A stretch of DNA of 45,557 nucleotides, from contig RDOA01000024.1 in the NCBI GenBank assembly GCA_011364925.1, forward strand, positions 1 to 45,557. The letters run 5' to 3'. The DNA comes from Promethearchaeota archaeon (GTDB lineage: Archaea > Asgardarchaeota > Lokiarchaeia > Sigyniarchaeales > SOKP01). Positions 29,391 through 37,439 of the stretch are shown here, one piece after another. The notes beneath the pieces were generated by a model that saw nothing but the letters and a program-made list of their open reading frames with translations, did not search any database and was not told the DNA's origin. Each line of letters begins with the position of its first letter. The stretch's first letter is position 1. Made by a program: the position numbers and the translations under genes.

Positions 29391-30494
29391 GTGGTAGAAG
29401 AAGATATTGAGTATAAAACTATTCATAATGTAAATAAAGCGGAAGAGGAAAAACAACAATCAAGGAAGATCAATTACTTTGAGAAATTGCTTCCAATTTG
29501 GGTAGTGTTATGTATTGTTTTAGGGATAGTTCTTTCTCAATTTGTCCCAGAAATAAGTGAAACCATAAATTCGTTACAAATAGGGAGTATATCCATTCCA
29601 ATCGGTATTTGTCTATTTCTCATGATGTATCCTGCAATGTTGAATTTACAAGGTTCGGAATTAAAGAAATTAGGTCGAAATCCAAAACCTATAATCTTAA
29701 CGCTTGTATCAAACTGGCTCGTGGCTCCCTTTGTAGGTTTGGCAATGGTCAATATTTTTTTACCCGGCACTACCGAAGATATAGAGCAATTAAAGGTAGC
29801 AATAATCCTTCTCTCAAGTTCTCCGTGTACCGCAATGGTTTTAGTATGGGGTTGGATGGCAAAAGGAAATCAAGAGCAAAATGTTGTTAATACCAGTGTA
29901 AACACTATAACGATTATTTTCCTATATGTTGGCATGGTTTCATTATTGACAGGTATTCAAAATATTTCTATTGATCCTTGGTTGTTACTGATTTCTTTAG
30001 TCTTCTTCATAGGAATCCCACTATTGTTAGGAATTTTAAGTAAAAAACTTATTGTCTCCTCAAAGGGATTGAATTGGTTTAATGATAAGTATAAACCATT
30101 TGTTGGTAAAATTTCAATAATCGCATTATTGACGACCCTCGTAGTTTTATTTTCATTAAATGGAGATGTATTAATACATAATCCAGATTTACTTTTGATA
30201 GTCTCAATTCCTCTCTTAGTTGGTTTTGTAATTGTAGTTGGCTACAATGTTTTTGTTACAAAGATCTTCAAATTGAGGTACAGAGAGGCAGTCATTACAG
30301 TTATTATAGGATCTTCAAGCCATTTTGAAATTGCTATCGCAACTGCTATAGCTATATATGGCATTGGTTCAGTCGCAGCATTGGGAACAACAATGGGACT
30401 CTTCTGGGAAGTACCAGTGATGTTATCAATTGTATATTTAGGAAAATATCTTGGAAAACGGGGTTTTTGGAAATCATACCCTTCTTCAAAATAA
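29391..30494 (+). CDS. acr3: ACR3 family arsenite efflux transporter
   Basis: LFLMMYP, NWLVAP, catalytic SPCTAMVLVW, SSHFEIAIATAIAIYG, LFWEVPVM; about 10 TM helices. Confidence 0.93.
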   Translation: MVEEDIEYKTIHNVNKAEEEKQQSRKINYFEKLLPIWVVLCIVLGIVLSQFVPEISETINSLQIGSISIPIGICLFLMMYPAMLNLQGSELKKLGRNPKPIILTLVSNWLVAPFVGLAMVNIFLPGTTEDIEQLKVAIILLSSSPCTAMVLVWGWMAKGNQEQNVVNTSVNTITIIFLYVGMVSLLTGIQNISIDPWLLLISLVFFIGIPLLLGILSKKLIVSSKGLNWFNDKYKPFVGKISIIALLTTLVVLFSLNGDVLIHNPDLLLIVSIPLLVGFVIVVGYNVFVTKIFKLRYREAVITVIIGSSSHFEIAIATAIAIYGIGSVAALGTTMGLFWEVPVMLSIVYLGKYLGKRGFWKSYPSSK

Positions 30495-30521
30495 ATTTGA
30501 TTAAAAAAAGGAGTATTAATA

Positions 30522-32189
30522 ATGGCAGTCGTATATATGCGTAAATTAGAGCAAGAACCTGATACCTACGATGAAAAATTTACAGCATTGACAAAAGGGG
30601 TAAATTTAGAGGTAAGACAATGGATTCTTGATCGAATTGGAACATCCAATTCTATCTTAGAACTAGGATGTGGAACAGGAAATTTCGCCACCCAAATGGC
30701 ATTTCAACAAAATAATGTCTTAGCTGTTGATATTAATTTTCAAATGATAAATTATGCTATGCAGAATTATCCTTCTGATTTAAAAGGTGGGACTCTTGTC
30801 TACCAAACTGGTTCCTTTACTAACATGCCAGTTGACGAGAACTCCCAAGATCTAATAGTCAGTACTTTTATGCTTTCTGAACTCCGTCCTTTCGAGCAGC
30901 AAATATTCCTTAGAAACGCTTGGAAGGTCCTAAAACCGAACGGTCGTTTAATTTTGGCAGCTGAATTTGTACCAAATGGATTCTGGAAATTCATATTTAA
31001 GATTAAAAGATGGAGATATAAGAAAAAACTTAGAAGACTCAAATTAAGAAGCACATTTCTCTTGAAATGGTTTTTCAATTATATCGAACCAATAGGATTT
31101 AAGATAAAAGCCAGGAAAGCTTGGAAGCATGGAACTATTCAAGCTCTTGAACTAGTTAAAACAGAAGATCAAGGAAAAAGCGAACCCGGATATTACAGAC
31201 CTGCACCTAAAAAATACAAGGGATTAATCTCACAGTTAAGAATATATCGATGCATCTATACTGGACAAATTGATCTCGTTCCTATAGACCCCGGTCTTTA
31301 TAAATCCGGAACTCCTGACGAGAAATCACCAGTAATAGTTACCGCAAATTATGAGTTTACATTTATAAAAGTAATGAGAAATCTAAAAGGTCTTGACGCT
31401 TGGGTCTTATGTGTTGACTCTAATGGGATAAATGTATGGTGTGCCGCAAGAGGAAACGACTTTGGGAACAATCAATTAATTGAAGCCGTTGAGGCTACGG
31501 GATTAGAGAATATTACTGAAAGAAAGTCCTTGATTCTTCCACAATTATCTGCGGGCGGTGTGGCTACACCAGAATTACAAAAGAAATCCAAAAATTTCCC
31601 ATTTCGAGTAGTATTTGGACCAATATGGTCCAAAGATTTACCAGAATTTATAAACAATAGACCTGCTCGAAAGCCGGACAAGATGAAACTTGCTAAATTC
31701 ACGCTAAAACATAGGTTCCGCGCATTTATTACTCATACAACTTTTCTAATTAGAAAAATATTCGCACTCCCCTTAATTGCGCTGTTTTTAATTTCACTTG
31801 TCCTAAGTTTATTTGGTTTATTCGATAAATTGTGGTGGGCTGGTGAACTCTTACTATGGATTATTCTTTCAAACTTTTTAATAACATTTTTACTCCCCCT
31901 ATCTAAGTTTACGCGGAGATTCATATATAAGGGAATATTCTTTGGTATATTAAACACTCTTGCTTTGGGAGCTTTGACCTATTTTCTGCATAATTCGATT
32001 CTTTACATCCTTTGGAACATCGCCTTCTTATTTTGGGTTTCATTTTTTTCTACTATGTCTTTGAGCGGTTATACAATGGATACAAGTCCAAGAGAAATTC
32101 AAGAAGAATATCCAATTTTTAGAATTATAAATATGGTCTTGTTAGCAATTAGTTTAATTTCGATGGTAGTAGGAATTATTCTACTGTAA
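30522..32189 (+). CDS. Fusion of a class I SAM-dependent methyltransferase and an HgcA-like corrinoid-binding/membrane protein
   Basis: N-terminal ILELGCGTG, AVDIN, DLIVSTFMLSEL. Central PGLYKSGTPDEKSPVIVTANY, GINVWCAARG (nt 31431-31448 for NVWCAA), LILPQLSAGGV, FGPI. About 5 C-terminal TM helices. Confidence 0.88.
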   Translation: MAVVYMRKLEQEPDTYDEKFTALTKGVNLEVRQWILDRIGTSNSILELGCGTGNFATQMAFQQNNVLAVDINFQMINYAMQNYPSDLKGGTLVYQTGSFTNMPVDENSQDLIVSTFMLSELRPFEQQIFLRNAWKVLKPNGRLILAAEFVPNGFWKFIFKIKRWRYKKKLRRLKLRSTFLLKWFFNYIEPIGFKIKARKAWKHGTIQALELVKTEDQGKSEPGYYRPAPKKYKGLISQLRIYRCIYTGQIDLVPIDPGLYKSGTPDEKSPVIVTANYEFTFIKVMRNLKGLDAWVLCVDSNGINVWCAARGNDFGNNQLIEAVEATGLENITERKSLILPQLSAGGVATPELQKKSKNFPFRVVFGPIWSKDLPEFINNRPARKPDKMKLAKFTLKHRFRAFITHTTFLIRKIFALPLIALFLISLVLSLFGLFDKLWWAGELLLWIILSNFLITFLLPLSKFTRRFIYKGIFFGILNTLALGALTYFLHNSILYILWNIAFLFWVSFFSTMSLSGYTMDTSPREIQEEYPIFRIINMVLLAISLISMVVGIILL

Positions 32190-32242
32190 TAATTAATAAT
32201 GTAAAAAAATAAAAACAAATTAAAATATAAGAGGTATGTATA

Positions 32243-32602
32243 ATGACAGAATCGGAATTTAAAAGAAGTTTAGAAAGTTTATCAATTAAAGATTTTAAAA
32301 TCTTTATAAATGAAGAAAAATGCAATGGTTGCGGATTGTGCGGCGAAGTATGCCCCTTTGGGCTTCCACAACCTCTCGATAACGGAAAATACGATATCCC
32401 AAATCCAAAACTTTGTACTGAGTGTAGTGCTTGTAAACGTAACTGTCCCGTGGATGCTATAATTATGAACGAGAATAAGGGATGCGGGTGCCTATGGAAC
32501 GCGAGAGCAAAAGCTAAAAATACAAGATCAGGTAATAAAGATATTAACAGCTGTGCTTGTGGTACTGAAGGGAATGAATCAAATACAAGTTGTTGTGGCT
32601 AA
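32243..32602 (+). CDS. HgcB-like 2[4Fe-4S] ferredoxin with Cys-rich tail
   Basis: CNGCGLCGEVCP and CTECSACKRNCP, then GCGC, CAC and terminal CCG; immediately downstream of the hgcA-like gene; GAGGT RBS. Confidence 0.85.
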   Translation: MTESEFKRSLESLSIKDFKIFINEEKCNGCGLCGEVCPFGLPQPLDNGKYDIPNPKLCTECSACKRNCPVDAIIMNENKGCGCLWNARAKAKNTRSGNKDINSCACGTEGNESNTSCCG

Positions 32603-32661
32603 TCAATTCACAGACTATTGAATACGAATGAATAAAAATTCTATTTAAAAAGGTTTAAAAT

Positions 32662-33060
32662 ATGGTTAAAGAAGATATAAATGTTGAAGTAAGAGATGAT
32701 CGTAATCCACCAGCAAGTTCTTGCTGTGAAAATTCAACTGTAGAGAAAAAAGCTGAGATCGGGAGCCTTGAATTATCAGAAGAAAAAACAAAAGACAATA
32801 ATAAGCTTTATGTTGATGTATATGTTCCGTTAAACGCTTGCGAATGTGTTTGGTCTCAATTTATGAACCTTGTGTTTACTGCACTTGCTCCCTATATGAA
32901 ATACATTAAATTTGAAACGAAAAACTTAGATTCTGAAGAAGCACATAAGCTTAACCTAACAGGTAATTGTGTAGTAGTTGATGGTAAAAAGAAATTTATA
33001 ACATCCTTCGCTTTAAAAAAAGAATTACCTAATCTTCTTAAAGAAAAAGGATTATTATAA
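32662..33060 (+). CDS. Cys-rich thioredoxin/ArsD-like putative metallochaperone
   Basis: SSCC in a disordered N-terminus, 'DVYVPLNACEC' after a beta-strand, 'CVVVDGK' hairpin typical of the thioredoxin fold. Confidence 0.55.
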   Translation: MVKEDINVEVRDDRNPPASSCCENSTVEKKAEIGSLELSEEKTKDNNKLYVDVYVPLNACECVWSQFMNLVFTALAPYMKYIKFETKNLDSEEAHKLNLTGNCVVVDGKKKFITSFALKKELPNLLKEKGLL

Positions 33061-33101
33061 TTGCACAAATTATTTTTTCTTAACAGATAGGGTGAGAATA
33101 G

Positions 33102-33443
33102 ATTAAAAAAGTAAAAATAACAATCTTTGGACCTGAAAAGGCACTCGCTAACGGAGTTGAATATAATGTAGAAATAAACGATGATGGAACTATAATCAAC
33201 GCCTTAGCTACTATTGATAAAGAGTTGGTTCAAAACCCTGAGAAATCACTATTTCCTATGTATAAAGGTTTAATTCAGAGTTATCTCCAGCTGATTTGGG
33301 ATCCCCAAAAAAATGTAATTTACGAAGATTGCGCTAGTAACGCTTACGGGCCTAACAAAGAATTTATACCGCTGTTAGATGATGTCAATTTTAATCTCTA
33401 TCCGGATAGCGAGATTACTTTAATTGTACACGCTGATTGATGA
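33102..33443 (+). CDS. Candidate selenoprotein with beta-grasp (MoaD/ubiquitin-like) fold; non-canonical ATT start
   Basis: The frame of the tracked ORF 33225-33440 is open upstream to ATT 33102 (IKKVKITIFGPEKALANGVEYNVEINDDGTIINALATIDKE), with GGTGA at 33091-33095. It ends ...SEITLIVHAD-TGA-TGA, and a SECIS-like hairpin lies at 33569. Confidence 0.6.
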
Positions 33444-33568
33444 GCTGATAACATGCGAGAGCGATTAGATTTTGGAACATTTAAACGAATTATTATGAAA
33501 AGCTACGGAAAAGAACACAAAACTTTTGCTCATTATTTCGTGCAGAAACTGAACCCGAATAAGTGAGA

Positions 33569-33604
33569 ATGACATCTTTCAAAAAATATTAGTGAAAGAT
33601 TGAC
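33569..33604 (+). promoter_or_regulatory. Eukaryote-type (Lokiarchaeal) SECIS-like element
   Basis: ATGAC-ATCTTTCA-AAAAATATTAG-TGAAAGAT-TGAC: AUGA/GA non-Watson-Crick core, perfect 8-bp helix, A-run on the 5' side of the apical loop. Confidence 0.65.
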
Positions 33605-33834
33605 AAAGGGAATGCTTCCCTTATACTTTATTGAAGTTAAAAATATTAAATTTTAGAAAAACAGTTCTTAAATTAGTTAAACAGCTCCTCCTCGTTTTTC
33701 TTCTTTCTTAACTTTGAAGTTGATAAGTTGTTCTTTAGTAGACAAAGTTTAAATATATGTTTATCAGAAATAGTATTAATTTAAATTTGAATAAAAAAAG
33801 AAGTCCTTTAATAAAAAAAAGTGATTAAAAAAAT

Positions 33835-35277
33835 ATGGAAAAAAATGCAAAAAGAATTATCGCTATTGTAGTTGTAGCCGCTATCATTGTTGGTGGTGGA
33901 TTAACAGCGTATTTCCTTCTCTTAGCACCAGAGGCTGGACAATATGTCTGGAGCGCTAACGATGCTCCAGGAGCCCCAGCAGGAATTAGTTCTAGTCAGA
34001 TTATTAAAATAGGATGCGCTGGAGATACGGGAGAAATTCAAGGAGACGCTAACTATGAGGGCGCATGGTTTGCAGCAAAAACCATAAATCAAGCAGGTGG
34101 AGTTGTAGTCAATGGAACAACATATTATGTTGGAGTAACAAGAGAAGATACCGACGAATCTAATACTCAATTAGTTACATCCAGAGGAATCGCTGCTGCC
34201 GAAAGATTAGTGTACAATAAAAAAGTTCAATTTGGTGTAGGTGGCTTCCGTTCAGAAGCACTATTAGCATACCAAGAAGTATTCATGGATAATAAAATTA
34301 TTTTTATTGATACCGGTGCAGCAACAGATATCTTCTGCGATAATGTTGCCAACTTTTATGAGAGATATCAATATTTCTTCAGATGGATGCCTATTAATTC
34401 GACGAGTTTAGGTGGAGAAATTTTAACTACTTTAGCAGGATATGTAATGGCGTTAAATACAACTTATCCAAATCACGATGTTAAACAAGTTGGAATTCTA
34501 GCAGAAGATCTTACCTGGACAGGTAGTTTAATAGCTGCTATACAAAGTTACCTCTCTCTTTTCACAAATTTCTGGGTACAACTTTTAACTCCGATATTAT
34601 ATGACATTAGTCTTGATGCTGCGGACATGAATACTCATTTACAGACATTAGCTAGTCAAGGATGCGACTTTTTAATTCCAGTAATTTCCGCACAAGGAGG
34701 AATTTTGATGATGCAACAATACGATCAGTACCACTACCCATTCCAAATATTTGGTATTGATGTACAATCGCAACTCGATACCTTTTGGGGAGATAGTGGT
34801 GATGCTTGTGCCTACGAGACAGTAATGCAAACCCTACATAGAACTAACAAAACAACGAAGTCTATTGCGTTTTGGGACGCATTTAGAGCACAATTTGGCC
34901 ATGATCCGCTTTATATTGCGATAGGAGCTTACGATGCCGTGAATGGAATTATCGACGCAATTAATGCGACTCAATCTTTTGATGCTCTCGATATTATTCC
35001 GGAATTTGAATCCTGGACTAAATCAAACCCTAATCCTGGCGTTAGTGGAGGTGGTGCTTGGTGGCCTGGTACTCACGATCTTGTCGAAGGATATCCTTAT
35101 GGATATACTTTATGGTGTCAATGGCGAGATGATGGAACAAAAGTAGTAGTACCTGCACCAAGATGGGCATATGTTGGAGCTCTTGGATATGCTATCCCAA
35201 TATCCGATCTTTATCCAGCTACATTAGCAACTGGTGCTTATGAAGTTGCTCCTTGGGTTAACACCGCTTGGTCTTAA
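33835..35277 (+). CDS. ABC transporter substrate-binding protein (LivK/HAAT family)
   Basis: N-terminal TM anchor, IKIG, INQAGGV, GGFRSE, YFFR, AYDAV. Confidence 0.88.
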   Translation: MEKNAKRIIAIVVVAAIIVGGGLTAYFLLLAPEAGQYVWSANDAPGAPAGISSSQIIKIGCAGDTGEIQGDANYEGAWFAAKTINQAGGVVVNGTTYYVGVTREDTDESNTQLVTSRGIAAAERLVYNKKVQFGVGGFRSEALLAYQEVFMDNKIIFIDTGAATDIFCDNVANFYERYQYFFRWMPINSTSLGGEILTTLAGYVMALNTTYPNHDVKQVGILAEDLTWTGSLIAAIQSYLSLFTNFWVQLLTPILYDISLDAADMNTHLQTLASQGCDFLIPVISAQGGILMMQQYDQYHYPFQIFGIDVQSQLDTFWGDSGDACAYETVMQTLHRTNKTTKSIAFWDAFRAQFGHDPLYIAIGAYDAVNGIIDAINATQSFDALDIIPEFESWTKSNPNPGVSGGGAWWPGTHDLVEGYPYGYTLWCQWRDDGTKVVVPAPRWAYVGALGYAIPISDLYPATLATGAYEVAPWVNTAWS

Positions 35278-35295
35278 AAAATTAATCCTAAACTA

Positions 35296-35325
35296 ATTTT
35301 TTTTTTAAATTTATTTTTTTTTTCA
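35296..35325 (+). terminator. Oligo-T terminator/attenuator after the substrate-binding gene
   Basis: Two T9-10 runs shortly after the stop codon. Confidence 0.5.
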
Positions 35326-35467
35326 AAAAATTTCTTTAATGAAACACTATCGACTTCAATAAATCAGATAATAATTAGACAGAAATATACAAAAAAAGAT
35401 TAGTTTTATAAGAAATGAGATAAAAATATAATTTAATTAGAAAAAAATACCTTTCCGTAGAAAAATT

Positions 35468-36349
35468 ATGATTGAAGATATAATGAACATGTTATTTAAT
35501 GGAATTTTGAATGGTGCTGTTCTGGCTCTAATTTCTCTAGGATATTCTTTAGTTTATGGAGTAGGAGGTATTATGAATATGGCACATGGAGCATACTTCA
35601 TGTTGACAGGATATTTGCTTTTATGGGGAATGCGAATTTTTCCTGGTATGTTATTCTTGACTGTAATTTTTGTAATAATTATTATAACAATAATAGGTGG
35701 ACTCACTTATATTTTACTTATCAAACCTCTACAAGATACTCATGTAGGTGTCGTTTTAATAACCTTTGGCTTAGCGTTTCTAATTGAACAATGGATTTTG
35801 ATAGTATCTGGTACTACGTCTGCCTCTATTAATGATTATGTTTTATTTCCAGGTACGACAGAATTTTTAGGGTACTCCATGTTTAATCAATACATATTTT
35901 TTATAATCGCATCATTGGTTATAGTTTCATTATTTGCATTATTTATTAGTAAATCAAAATTAGGGAAATCGATTCGAGCAGTCTCTCAAGATCGTGAAGC
36001 TGCGGTTTTGATGGGAATTAATGCTAATCGTGTACTCTTATATACTGTTATGATTTCTGCATTTCTTGCAGCGATAGCAGCAAGTCTCTATTTACCTGGT
36101 GCAGCTTTGACTGGTCCTGGTATGGGATGGACATATTTAACAAGTTCTTTTGCCGTCATAATTCTTGGAGGGATGGGAAGCCTTGTAGGAAGCGTAGTGG
36201 GAGGCTATATTATGGGTTTCGTAACTAGTTTTACTTCAATTTTTCTTCCCAACGGTCCATCCTGGGCTCACGTAGTCCCATTAATTGTCATCTTAATCGT
36301 GTTGATTATAAGACCACGAGGGTTATTTGGCAAAAAGAAGTTAAGATAA
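35468..36349 (+). CDS. livH: Branched-chain amino acid-type ABC permease
   Basis: LGYSLVYGV, NMAHG, GKSIRAVSQDREAA, ILGGMGS, RPRGLFG. Confidence 0.92.
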   Translation: MIEDIMNMLFNGILNGAVLALISLGYSLVYGVGGIMNMAHGAYFMLTGYLLLWGMRIFPGMLFLTVIFVIIIITIIGGLTYILLIKPLQDTHVGVVLITFGLAFLIEQWILIVSGTTSASINDYVLFPGTTEFLGYSMFNQYIFFIIASLVIVSLFALFISKSKLGKSIRAVSQDREAAVLMGINANRVLLYTVMISAFLAAIAASLYLPGAALTGPGMGWTYLTSSFAVIILGGMGSLVGSVVGGYIMGFVTSFTSIFLPNGPSWAHVVPLIVILIVLIIRPRGLFGKKKLR

Positions 36350-36375
36350 AAAAAATAGGAAGGTGGATATAAAAT

Positions 36376-37401
36376 TTGTTGAAAAATGAAATTGAGGAAA
36401 AAGTTAAACAGTTCCCTACTTATTTAAAGTCTTGGGTAAAAACATTTTTAGGGGGATTAACACTCTTCTGCATAATATCATTGATAGCACTACCATTTCT
36501 CTCTCAAAATCAAAATTTCACGCATGTCTTCTTACGCCAGTTTACGCTTGCAATGATATTTTCTATATTTGCTGCGAGTTGGGATTTATTAACTGGGATT
36601 TCAGGTCAAATAAGTTTTGGTCACGCTATTTTTTTTGGTATCGCGGGGTACATATGTGCTTATCTTATAAGCTATCAGAATTTCCCGCCATGGATTGCAA
36701 TATTTATTGGTGCTATAGGTGCTGTTTTTTTTGGTTTGATTATCGGAATTCCTTGTCTAAGGTTAAGAGGGCCCTATTTAGCTTTAGGTACTCTCGCGTT
36801 TAGCTTGGTATTGTTAAAACTGTTTTTAATGGGCTCGCTTTCAGATGTACTCTTTGGTTCGGAGGGTATCTCAGATTATAGAATTCAAATATCTGATAAC
36901 CCTGTTGTTGAGTATATAATCATATTAATGTTTATGATAGTATCGTTTATTACCATCATACAAGTTTCAAAATCAAAATTTGGAACTATTTTAAAATCCA
37001 TCCGTGATGATGAAGTTAGTGCTGATGCGTCGGGTATCAACACAACCAGGTTTAAAGTATATGCATTTATGTTAAGTGCTTTATTCGCAGGTATTGCCGG
37101 AGCTTGTTATGCAACATATGTTGGTGCAGTAAATCCGACTGGGAATTTTGGTGCTACTATTTCATTCTACGCGATTTTAATGGCTTCTTTAGGCGGATTG
37201 ACTACTATTAGAGGATCAGCGTTAGGAGCATTCTTCTTTATTTTTTTAGAATATTCTCTTATTGTAGCTGGGGCAGAAATTTATGTGAATTTAATTTTTG
37301 CACTTATTCTTATAGTTGTAGTCAGGTTCTCAGAACATGGGATTTTAAAGCCAATTTTGGAGCGTATAAAAGATTTATGGGACTTATTATTAGGAAGGTA
37401 G
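36376..37401 (+). CDS. livM: Branched-chain amino acid-type ABC permease
   Basis: GISGQISFGHAIFFG, LRLRGPYLALGTLAF, SIRDDE, GIN. Confidence 0.92.
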   Translation: MLKNEIEEKVKQFPTYLKSWVKTFLGGLTLFCIISLIALPFLSQNQNFTHVFLRQFTLAMIFSIFAASWDLLTGISGQISFGHAIFFGIAGYICAYLISYQNFPPWIAIFIGAIGAVFFGLIIGIPCLRLRGPYLALGTLAFSLVLLKLFLMGSLSDVLFGSEGISDYRIQISDNPVVEYIIILMFMIVSFITIIQVSKSKFGTILKSIRDDEVSADASGINTTRFKVYAFMLSALFAGIAGACYATYVGAVNPTGNFGATISFYAILMASLGGLTTIRGSALGAFFFIFLEYSLIVAGAEIYVNLIFALILIVVVRFSEHGILKPILERIKDLWDLLLGR

Positions 37402-37439
37402 ACATTAGATAGAAAGATAAAAATTAGGTGAAGTAAAGA

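Noticed and set aside
30522-31170. ArsM arsenite methyltransferase
   Set aside because: The methyltransferase domain has only the motif-I Cys and lacks the conserved As-binding Cys set. The two methyltransferases at 43-44 kb likewise show no recognisable ArsM Cys pattern.
30522-32602. Assigning gene symbols hgcA/hgcB and asserting mercury methylation
   Set aside because: The variant cap helix (RG instead of GK) and the extra domain mean activity cannot be assumed from sequence.
33495-33537. Second AUGA-starting hairpin (ATGAAAAG...CTTTTGCTCAT) as a SECIS
   Set aside because: No GA on the 3' arm and only a 4-bp inner stem.
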